A DNA stretch of 64,000 nucleotides, taken from Macrostomum lignano (lineage: Eukaryota). Within the stretch, counting starts at the first letter, position 1; every line of letters starts with the position of its first letter. The notes under the pieces are model-generated. The model saw only the letters and a program-made list of their open reading frames with translations. It did not search any database and was not told the origin of the DNA. The stretch covers positions 62,001-126,000 of the forward strand of contig NIVC01000250.1 in NCBI GenBank assembly GCA_002269645.1. The letters run 5' to 3'. A program made the position numbers and the translations under genes. Positions 13,245-24,200 of this stretch are shown in pieces.

Positions 13245-13685
13245 TTACTTTCGATAGTGAGAATAGCGCCTCCGGGGAACAAAGCCTGTGGTGACTAAGC
13301 TCTCTCTCCGGGGTCTCAGATTATAGCGATGCCTTTGTTCGGCTCTTTCGTTCTCACTCCTATCTTGATTTGGTTCTGATGTGTCACCTATTTCGGCTGG
13401 CTCGGTTCTCTCACTGTCTAATGATTCATGCTCCAACTCTTCTTCATTCTGCTCAATTCCTTCCTCATTTAGCTCGTTCTGTTCGATTTCTCGTGCTCTC
13501 CATAGGATTCTCTCATCCTCTGAACTGTCGTCTAGTATTACTGGTTCTACAATGTTTTCTTTCTTTCCTAACTTCTGTTGTTGTTGCCTTCCCTTACTTT
13601 TTGGCTCTCTCTTTTTCTGTTGCTCTCGCTGCCTTCCCCTATTTGTAGGTTCCGTCTCTTTAGTTAGTGAATTAATGATTTTCAA
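13245..13685 (-). pseudogene. Remnant C-terminal tail of Gypsy pol/integrase
   Basis: Acidic low-complexity ORF ending in RYNLRPRR, a motif common at the end of Gypsy Pol. The upstream region (13700-14800) has stops in all frames checked. Confidence 0.45.
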
Positions 13686-14802
13686 TCCTCTACCTTCGGA
13701 AATTACACTGTTCTTAGGATCATGCTGAGATTGGCTGCCATTGGGCTACCTGGCTTTTTCCATAAGAACAGGGCACTCTTTCAGTAGTTCCATCTATTGT
13801 AATTCGTCTCCAATTTACAAGATCCTTGAGAGAGGTCTTTAAAATGGTTGAACCATGCCTTTCTAAGCGGGATCATGAAATTTTCCGTTCTCAATTTCTC
13901 AAATTAGTTGATTTTCATAAATTTCTTTTCTATTTTCGTTCTTCACAGACTATTGCATCCTTTTAGAAAGCTATGTATTTGTCTTATCTAAAGAGGGATA
14001 CTAAAAGATAGCTGATCAGAGTTTTTCTCACACAGTTTTCTCATATCTCACCGAGTTCTCAACTCTCGGCGGCTTCTTCAAATTCTCTTCTTCGAATTCT
14101 CTTCTACAAACTTTGTGCCTATCAGCGCTTTGAGGGTGCGGCTAGACTTTAAATCACTCAATGGTGAGAAGTACTTAACCTACCTCCGCTGCTAATGCAC
14201 TTACTTCAACTTCTCTCGTCTCAACTCTTCTCATATCCTTCTGTGTTACGTCTTGTCTTTTCTCAACTTCAAAATGCTCTTAACTGTTTTCTGATTTTCA
14301 AAAATTACATTATTCTTAATTATTTTTTTTCCACAGAGCCTTTCACTTAGTTTCTCGGAAGGACTTTTATCTAATGATGTTCTTATTCTGTTTCAGAGCA
14401 GCTTACGAGACAATATTAAACCTATTTTTGTAAATTTTCAATTGTTTTGTCAAAACGGCCCTTTTAAGGCTTCTGTAAGATATTTTATTAGAACGATTCT
14501 TCTAGGGTACTCACTTTAAGCAATTTGATGTGCTATTTACATAGTATAGTGCTAAATGGAACATTCTTATGCGTTAGCGACTTGCACAAGGTATTTTCGT
14601 TAAAACGGCCCTTCTAAGGGTTAATTTGCAAAACTGCCCCTTTTAAGGCTCCAATAAGCAATTGGGTGCATTTTATACGTCATATAGTGCTAATTCAAAC
14701 ATTTTTATTTTCTTTTTCGAAGCTTTTATAAATTTTTATATTGTTATGAATACTATGTACACTTTTCTGAGCTTAACTGCATTGTGCTTACAGACTCAAC
14801 TC

Positions 14803-15384
14803 TCATCCTTTCTCTTGAGCTCGCTGTCTGGCTTTTCTGAAGTCTATCCTACACTTGTGGCCTGCCTGTGGTCTTATTGAACCTGGCTGTCCACAGAAAA
14901 AGCAGTGGCCGGGCTTTGGTTCTGGTCGAACACCACTGAACCGGTGCCTACCCTGGAATCGCGGCTTCGGTGCCGGTTGCTGCTGCGGCTCTGACCTTTT
15001 CTCAATGCTGATCTCAGTGAATATGATTATTAGAGTGATTAAGCACTCCACTAACGCTTCCATCCCTCCTTTCTTGTCCTGTTGCTCTGTTTCGAACTGC
15101 TCAATGACCTGTCGCCTAATCTCCTGATACTGCTGATGATCTTTTCTATGGCTCATCCTTCGTTTCAGTCCTTCTGGGATATCCAGATTGGCAAAGAGGG
15201 CTTCCTTCCGCTTTTCTTCGTTAAGTCCTTGCATCCTGCATTGCTGCTCGAATGCATTGATCCACTGCCTGATATTTTTGTCAGGTGTGTACTTCTCAAC
15301 CTCTACTTGCTTCTCTGTTCCTAATCCTAGCTTCTTTGACAGCTCCTCAGCTAACCTAGCAATTGCATCGTTGGCATTAGCCAT
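14803..15384 (-). CDS. gag: Gag-like protein (193 aa) of the LTR element, truncated in the zinc knuckle
   Basis: First ORF after the PBS. Gag-like helical motif (IRQWINAFEQQCRMQGL..., YQEIRRQVIEQF). Incomplete CCHC knuckle CFFCGQPG lacks the His. Confidence 0.75.
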   Translation of the reverse strand: MANANDAIARLAEELSKKLGLGTEKQVEVEKYTPDKNIRQWINAFEQQCRMQGLNEEKRKEALFANLDIPEGLKRRMSHRKDHQQYQEIRRQVIEQFETEQQDKKGGMEALVECLITLIIIFTEISIEKRSEPQQQPAPKPRFQGRHRFSGVRPEPKPGHCFFCGQPGSIRPQAGHKCRIDFRKARQRAQEKG

Positions 15385-15424
15385 CTTTCTTCTTGATTTT
15401 GTCTAAGTTTCTAATTCTAAAATT

Positions 15425-15595
15425 CTGGCTGTTTCTCTAATCTAAATCGCACCGTTTCTCTGATCTAGATCGCACCGTTTCTCTGATCTAAATCGCGCCG
15501 TTTCTCTGATCTGATTCGTGCCATTTCTCTAATCTATTCGATTCTAGCCATTTCTCCGATCTAAATCGCGCCATTTCTCTGATCCTTTACGCTGC
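15425..15595. repeat. ~23-bp tandem repeats (aaatcgcaccgtttctctgatct) in the LTR element 5'UTR
   Basis: About 7 degenerate copies between PBS and gag. Confidence 0.75.
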
Positions 15596-15600
15596 CACCA
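15590..15600 (-). promoter_or_regulatory. Primer-binding site, complementary to the 3' end of tRNA-Leu
   Basis: TGGTGGCAGCG, 4 nt downstream of the 5' LTR. Complementary to the ...CGCUGCCACCA end of eukaryotic tRNA-Leu(AAG/UAG). Confidence 0.75.
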
Positions 15601-15604
15601 AAGT

Positions 15605-16445
15605 TGTTACAGGCCTTTTAACTCCCTATGAGGATCCCACTAAATGCCACCAAAAGCTGTCGTAGGGCTCTGTCTCTCTATACAATTTCAACCGCTGACA
15701 CCAAAAGCTGTCCCAGGGCTCTTAATTATTCCTTTTGCTAGCTTTATTAGCTGCCACCAAGCTGTTGCAGGGGTTATTCCTTTTTGTTAATATTGCTGGT
15801 TATTACTTGACCTTTACTCGTAGTGCATGTACTTCTATTGGTAGCGTATGTACTTTTACTGGTAGCATATGTACTTTTATTGGTAGCGTATGTACTTTTA
15901 TTGATAGCGTATGTACTTTTATTGGTAGCGTATGTACTTTTATTGGCCTGAGCGGTCTCCTGGCACTAATCCTCTAACTCTATGTATCCCCCAATTCACT
16001 CCTCTAAGGAGGGTTTCTCTCAGTCTGGGCGTTGCCGGGATCAGAGGGTCACAGCGCACTTTGCTGGGTATTCTGCCCTGAGGCGGGTTTCGCAGACTCT
16101 AAGCCTGGATTTCTCTACCCTGTGGTAGGATTTCTGCCTCCTAAAGGCGGGTTACTAGACTCCTAAGTCTAGGATTTCTCGTTCTCTGAGAACGGACTGA
16201 ACTCCCAATCTTGGGGCAACTCCTAAACTACTATCCACTACTTGAAATAAGTAACACGAGCAAATACGAGCTCAAGGCTGATAGAATTTCTTCTCAACTG
16301 AGAATTGCTTATTGTTCAATGAGGAACAGACAAGAGCAAGTTGGTTTGCTAGGCTCTCAAATGGCCTCTATTTATAGTATAATTTTTCCTGTCATTTCAA
16401 ACAAAAAGTAATATAAAAACTACTAAAAGAAGAAGGCCTATTGCA
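15605..16445 (-). repeat. 5' LTR (841 bp)
   Basis: Near-identical to 9427-10358 but lacks 91 bp near its U3 end. Confidence 0.92.
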
Positions 16446-18297
16446 TAATAAAGATATTCTAAATATGTATTGTCTAGACTGAATACTCTGTCTAAGCATA
16501 GGGCCTAAGATATATTCAAAACAATCTACACAAAAAGTTAGCAAAGTGTTAGTTTAATTTTTTTGTTTAATGATATTTTTGTTTTAAATAATAAAGAAAT
16601 AGTTTTTTTAAAAATACTTCATCCTTAGTTTCAATCAGTTTAAGAGACTTACTGAACCTCTAAATGGATTTTTTTCAAATTATGAAATATTAATATTAAC
16701 ACAATAACTAAGCCTAAACTGATCATTGATGCAAATGTTAAATTAGGCCTATAAAATGTCTATCATGTATCATTACATTATATTGAAATGATGGCACTCA
16801 TTGATAAAATGTAAATATTGGAAGTGTGTTGCCTAGTACTGTGTAAATAGTATTATGCCTAAATGATCACTACTAGTACTAGGCCTAGGCCTAACCAAAA
16901 ATTCCCATTTTTACAGTGTCATTTATTATAGAAGCAACTTGTCATAGTCATAGAAATGTCTATCACCAAAACAAATTGTCCTAAAAAAACCTGCACCATT
17001 TGTATGCTTGGCCTAAGCCAATAATATGTAAACAAAATTCAGAAATTCAAAATGCAAATTTGCAAGTTACATTATTAAAAAAACTGTGTTTTACAATAAA
17101 CTTGCCATTTGGTATAGTAAGTAGATAGGCCCCTAGCCCTATTAATTTATAACAAGCCTGGCTAGCCCAGCTTGGCCCTTATGTTCTTCTTGTATAAACC
17201 TGACTGACAGGCGTCAAAGAAAGAAACAACCTGCATGCTGCACCCTTTAGGCATAGCCTTCCTTGCCTTTTAGGCCTTTGCTTTTAGTTTTATGCCAATG
17301 CCATGGTCTAAAATACTATTAATACACTTTACCGTCCTTATTTTTAGCTGAAATGAAATACTCTAAAGAATAGCTAGATAAGGCGAATAAAAAAAATGGG
17401 GTCTTCAAATCTATTTAGTAGCACTTTACATATAGGCCTGCCTACCGGCTACCTATACTATAGCTATGAAATGCAATGCAGTCCGAAGTTTGTCAATTTG
17501 TGGCAAAATAGTTCGTGGAAACATATCTGTTAATTTTTTCAGCCATACTATGTTCGTACTTTTCAGCTAATTTACCATTTCGTTCATTTTAAAATAACCA
17601 GTGTCATAAACTACGCTTTAAATTTAAAAAAATTGTTTTACAGCTTAACTTGAATAGCTTATTTAAAATACAAATTTTACAAGAAAGTATTGCAAAATTA
17701 AGAATATAATTGTCATCATATTTCTAATTAGGAAGTAAAAAGCCGAATTTCACCTAACAGCGACACTAAGGTCAGCGCATTGTTATTGCGTCTCCATAAC
17801 TTTTATTTTTTCTAATTTTAGCAATAGACTTTACGCCAAAAATGGTGGGATAATGTTAACTGTCAAAATCCAGCTTTGTTCGAGTAAAATATCGAACGGT
17901 TTGTGACGAACCGTATTAGTTTGCCAAAAACTTCCCGAGTTTTTACAGCTATAGAAGTTAATTAAGTTTTTGTAGTTAAAAAAGAAAATTATTTAATCCA
18001 TCATAAATCTGTACCAATTTTTACTTTCGTTTTTTAATGTTACTATATTACTAAATGAATGTATTACAATTACATGACGATTTCAGACTGTCTCATTTAA
18101 AAGTATGGCACGGAAAATTGAATATTCTGGTAAGTTATTATGCCCAGAATTTCGAGTGATTAGTTAGCATGTAAATTTTCAAACAAAACAACTTTAGTTT
18201 AAACTATGTACGACCAGGGGACAACTAAAACATCCTTTAAAAAGTGTTTTAGTTGATATGTCCCTGTTATACGACTCAGCATATTGCTACTGAAAAA

Positions 18298-21200
18298 ATG
18301 CTTGTAAACTTCCTCGACTTTACAGCCCTACTATTCGCTGCCTGGTTTATCTCCTTCAGCATAGCAGTTCAACATGATTCAAGCGTTCAAAGAAGCTTCA
18401 TAATTGACTACGACAACAATACTTTTTTAAAGGATGGCCAACCATTCCAGTACATATCCGGCAGCATTCATTACTTCCGCCTGCTTCCTGACAGCTGGGA
18501 CGATCGGCTGGCCAAAATGCGAGCCGCCGGCCTGAACGCCGTGCAAATCTACGTGCCCTGGAATTTCCACATGCCCAGGCCGGGCCAGCACCGGTTCACC
18601 GGCTCGGCCGACCTCGACCTGTTCCTGGCGCTGGCGCAGAAGCACGACCTCTTGGCCATTGTGCGCGCCGGTCCGTACATCTGCGCCGAGTGGGACTTCG
18701 GCGGCCTGCCAGCCTGGCTGCTGCAGCGCAACGCCTCCATTGTGATGCGCAGCAGCGACCCGCAGTTCCTGGCCGCAGTCGACGAATGGATGGCCGTCCT
18801 GCTGCCCATCATCGCCAGGCGCCTGTACTCCAGCGGCGGCAATGTGATCATGGTGCAGCTTGAGAATGAGTACGGTAGCACTGGTCAGTGCGACCTGGCC
18901 TACATCCGGCATCTGTACCAGCTGGGCAGGCGTTACCTAGGCAACCAGACGGTGCTGTTTAGCACCGATAACACTTTAACGTGCGTCGCCAAGGAGAGAC
19001 AGTTCTATGCTACTATAGACTTTGGCGTTGACGGAAGTAAGTCATCCGTCTCTATATGTTTCTTCGAGTATCGTCCATAGTTAGTGTTTGAAACCCATTA
19101 GTCGATTTGATCTCGGAGACTTCTATAGACTTTCCACTTGGTAGAGTCGAGGTAAGGTACATCGTTTGATAAAAGCCAGGAGAACAAAAGCAAACACGAA
19201 CATTCGCATTTTTTAAATAATACCAAATTACAATTTTATTAATCTTCGCGTGACATGTTTCGCCGAACAATCGGCATCTTCAGGCAATATTATAGATGCA
19301 GAGAGATGGTAAATTTTTAAAGTCTAGTAAGCCAAAATGATGCAAGTTTTGGTAGCAGAGTTAGATAGCCCTAAATAAGAGGCAAAGCGCATGGGGTCAG
19401 AACACCCTTAGATGGACACTCGCCCCTCTACCACCAAGTTGGATGTTCATGGTGGGCTTTAGCTGTCTAATGTACAATGCCTCAAGAGTAGACAACAAGA
19501 GTAGACGATCGATCATTTTAAATTCCACTTGCAAATTCCACTTCCACTTCCCACTTGCAAACGAAACAAGTAAATATAAGTTATAACTGTATGCCTTCTG
19601 TCTTACATGCAGTTTATGAAAGCTAAAGCTAGTATAGACATGCTACCGGAGAACGGCAAGTAAACAAAATTACCTTTCTTGTTTGGATTGGCTAGACAAA
19701 GGTCCTGTCATTAGCTCATTAAGTGGAGCCCGAGTAACCTATGTACACTAATGATACGTCATTCTGCTCACAGTGACACCAGGAAGCTGGGTTTGGCAAA
19801 AAAGCGACGAAAGTTAGACTTTGGTTAGGGGAGAATAAGCAAGGGGATAATTGGGAATATTGTATCAACTTAAGCTCAGCTCATAAAGTGGAGTCCCTAA
19901 TTATCTCCTTGCTTGTTCTCACTTATCCGAAGTCTAACTTTTGTCGCTTTTTGCCAAACCCAGCTTCCCGGTGTCACTGTGAGCAGAATGACGTATCATT
20001 TGTGTACATAGGTTACTCGGGCTCCACTTTATGAGCTAATTGACAGGCCTTTTCTTAAATCTGTCTTTTTCGTTCACGGTTCATGTAAAAAGCGAATCCC
20101 TGATAAAATTGTTTAGTAAACGCAATTCTACTTTGCGCTTGACCATCTTGAAATTAAAGTAGACCATGGTTTTTTACTTAATGTAACTTCCCGCCATGAC
20201 TCCCGCAGCCCGCTCCTTGAAGGACACGTTCGCTCCGCTACGAGCTTTACAGCCCAAGGGCCCGTTGGTGAACTCTGAGTATTACGCTGGCTGGCTGGAC
20301 CACTGGTCCAGCCCGCACGTCCGAGTTGGCGCCCAACTGGTCGCAGACGGCCTCGCCCGGATGCTGGCCTACGGTGTCAACGTCAACATCTACATGTTCT
20401 TCGGGGCACGAATTTCGGCTACTGGAACGGCGCCAACTCGCCGCCATTTGAGCCGCAGCCAACTTCGTACGACTATGACGCGCCAATAGCTGAGAATGGC
20501 GACACTCGGTGGGTGTTAGAAATGTCTGGCTAAGTACAACTCTCCCGACTGTCGTCATTGTAAAATTTCGTTGTGACGCTTAGGACTCGCTTCGCTTAGT
20601 TATAAGCAGTCACTGCATGTGTAGTAGTCCGCTAGGACGCTATATTGTCACTCATTTAAACAGATTTTGACACGATATAACTATCCTGACCAAAACAAGA
20701 TGCACCAAAACTGGCAGAAATGCTCAAGAAAGCAGTTTAAACAGTTTAATCATGTTTTAAATCAGAAATAATTGCTTCTTTGGTACTAAAAACACCATCA
20801 GATATAAGGCGTAGATTGTTTCACCTATAATTATTTCTTTCTCGTTGCGTCGAACACTTGAATCTTCGGCCGCAAACATCAAATACTTCTTGTGAAAATG
20901 TAGAAAACAAACTCGATAGTTGTGCTTCGGGTCAGTTTTTTAATTCTCCATCTGGTTCCAGTTTCGTGGAATCGCAGCAATTCACTTGTTAATAAATTCA
21001 CCATTTTCCAGCATGTCTCCTGTATGTCTCCTGTATGTCTCCTGTATGTCTCCTGTATGTCTCCTTTATGTCTACTGTATGTCTCCTTTATGTCTCCTGT
21101 ATGTCTCCTTTATGTCTACTGTATGTCTCCTGTATGTCTCCTGTATGTCTCCTGTATGTCTCCTGTATGTCTCCTTTATGTCTACTGTATGTCTCCTTTA

Positions 21201-24200
21201 TGTCTCCTTTATGTCTCCTGTATGTCTCCTGTATGTCTCCTTTATGTCTACTGTATGTCTCCTGTATGTCTACTGTATGTCTCCTGTATGTCTCCTGTAT
21301 GTCTCCTGTATGTCTCCTGTATGTCTACTGTATGTCTCCTTTATGTCTACTGTATGTCTCCTTTATGTCTACTGTATGTCTCCTTTATGTCTCATGTATG
21401 TCTCCTGTATGTCTCCTGTATGTCTACTGTATGTCTCCTGTATGTCTCCTGTATGTCTACTGTATGTCTCCTTTATGTCTACTGTATGTCTCCTGTATGT
21501 CTACTGTATGTCTACTGTATGTCTACTGTATGTCTCCTGTATGTCTCCTGTATGTCTCCTGTATGTCTCCTGTATGTCTACTGTATGTCTCCTGTATGTC
21601 TCATGTATGTCTCCTGTATGTCTCCTGTATGTCTACTGTATGTCTCCTGTATGTCTCCTGTATGTCTACTGTATGTCTCCTTTATGTCTACTGTATGTCT
21701 CCTTTATGTCTACTGTATGTCTCCTTTATGTCTCCTGTATGTCTCCTTTATGTCTACTGTATGTCTCCTGTATGTCTCCTGTATGGCTCCTGTATGTCTC
21801 CTGTATGTCTCCTGTATGTCTCCTGCATGTCTCCTTTATGTCTACTGTATGTCTCCTGTATGTCTCCTTTATGTCTACTGTATGTCTCCTGTATGTCTAC
21901 TGTATGTCTACTGTATGTCTTCTGTATGTCTCCTGTATGTCTACTGTATGTCTCCTGTATGTCTCCTTTATGTCTACTGTATGTCTCCTGTATGTCTCCT
22001 GTATGTCTCCTGTATGTCTCCTGTATGTCTCCTGTATGTCTCCTTTATGTCTCCTGTATGTCTCCTGTATGTCTCCTGGATGTCTCCTGTATGTCTCCTG
22101 TATGTCTCCTTTATGTCTCATGTATGTCTCCTGTATGTCTCCTGTATGTCTCCTTTATGTCTACTGTATGTCTACTGTATGTCTCCTTTATGTCTACTGT
22201 ATGTCTCCTGTATGTCTACTGTATGTCTACTGTATGTCTCCTTTATGTCTACTGTATGTCTCCTGTATGTCTCCTGTATGTCTACTGTATGTCTCCTTTA
22301 TGTCTACTGTATGTCTCCTGTATGTCTACTGTATGTCTACTGTATGTCTCCTTTATGTCTACTGTATGTCTCCTGTATGTCTCCTGTATGGCTCCTGTAT
22401 GTCTCCTGTATGTCTCCTTTATGTCTACTGTATGTCTCCTGTATGTCTACTGTATGTCTACTGTATGTCTCCTGTATGTCTCCTGTATGTCTCCTGTATG
22501 TCTCCTGTATGTCTCCTTTATGTCTACTGTATATCTCCTGTATGTCTACTGTATGTCTACTGTATGTCTCCTGTATGTCTCCTGTATGTCTACTGTATGT
22601 CTCCTGTATGTCTCCTGTATGTCTACTGTATGTCTCCTGTATGTCTCCTGTATGTCTCCTGTATGTTTCCTGTATGTCTCCTGTATGTCTCCTGTATGTC
22701 TCCTGTATGTCTCCTGTATGTCTCCTTTATGTCTACTGTATGTCTCCTGTATGTCTCCTGTATGTCTACTGTATGTCTCCTGTATGTCTCCTTTGTGTCT
22801 CCTGTATGTCTCCTGTATGTCTCCTTTATGTCTACTGTATGTTTCCTGTATGTCTCCTGTATGTCTACTGTATTTCTCCTGTATGTCTACTGTATGTCTC
22901 CTTTATGTCTACTGTATGTCTCCTGTATGTCTACTGTATGTCTCCTGTATGTCTACTGTATGTCTACTGTATGTCTTCTGTATGTCTACTGTATGTCTCC
23001 TGTATGTCTACTGTATGTCTCCTTTATGTCTACTGTATGTCTCCTGTATGTCTACTGTATGTCTCCTTTATGTCTACTGTATGTCTCCTTTATGTCTCAT
23101 GTATGTCTCCTGTATGTCTCCTGTATGTCTCCTTTATGTCTCCCGTATGTCTCCTGTATGTCTCCTGTATGTCTCCTGTATGTCTCCTTTATGTCTACTG
23201 TATGTCTCCTGTATGTCTCCTGTATGTCTACTGTATGTCTCCTGTATGTCTCCTTTATGTCTCCTGTATGTCTCCTGTATGTCTACTGTATGTCTCCTGT
23301 ATGTCTCCTTTATGTCTACTGTATGTCTCCTTTAAATGGGCGATGGTTTTTTCCTGTGGGAAATTTTTTGTCGAACTTATCCCAGTTTTTCGTCAAGTTA
23401 CTTTTGTTTATTTAGGCTCGCATTCACAGCCCCCTGGCCTGATTGTAAAAAAACAAACCCATTTAATCGTGCGCAGGTACAAGTACCAGCTCATTCGCCA
23501 GGTGATAAAAGACGCAACGGGTCGTCAACCTTCGCCGGTACCACGAAATTCAAGCGCCTCATCTTTTGGCAGTGTTAAGCTTCAGCGCTCAGCCAGCTTG
23601 CTTGGAAATTTGGACTCGCTAATTGTAAATCGTTTGGACGGCAAACTTCCGGTTACCATGGAGTCATTGGGCCAATTTCAAGGCTTCGCTCTGTACGGAA
23701 CTCAAATTTCTGAGGATTTCAAAGCGGTCGCACCATCTCTGACTTCCTCGTATTCACTTCGAGTAGAAAAAGTTCGCGATTTCGTCTACGCATTCGCTTC
23801 AAGCAGTTCGAAACCGTCGCTTGGCCAGTTTCTCGGCTTCATCAGCTATGTAGAGTCGGCGGCGGTGCTGAATTTCACTGCCAGCGATTTGAGTAGCATC
23901 AGGAACATCTGGCTGCTTGTGGAGAACTGCGGTCACGTGAACTCGGGCCCGGATATCCAGGGCAATGTCAAGGTTAGTTGGTCAGAGAACGATACGGTTA
24001 CAAGAATTGCTAAAAAGGCATTTAAAAAAACTCTCTTGTGACTTTTTAACGACTCTTAACGCGTCTAATGCGTCACAAGCGCGTCACATTACGTTGTCGA
24101 ATCGTAAGAGTCATGAAAGAGTCGTCCAAGAATCGTGTTGCACTTATCTTTATGACTCTTCAAACACTTCCAACACAACTTAGTGGCACGCCTCAAATAT

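Larger units (their letters stand above)
9427..16445 (-). mobile_element. Ty3/Gypsy-type LTR retrotransposon, non-autonomous (pol largely deleted or decayed)
   Basis: Direct LTRs at 9427-10358 and 15605-16445 (TG...CA). 4-bp TSD TAAT (9423-9426 and 16446-16449). PBS, PPT and gag lie on the minus strand. No RT/RNase H/integrase core motifs of its own were found. Confidence 0.92.

Noticed and set aside
20922-24041. 1039-aa, 809-aa and 766-aa ORFs ([11 protein letters not shown] repeats)
   Set aside because: Read-through of an 11-bp satellite lacking stops. Only the last ~165 codons are real (GLB1 exon 3).
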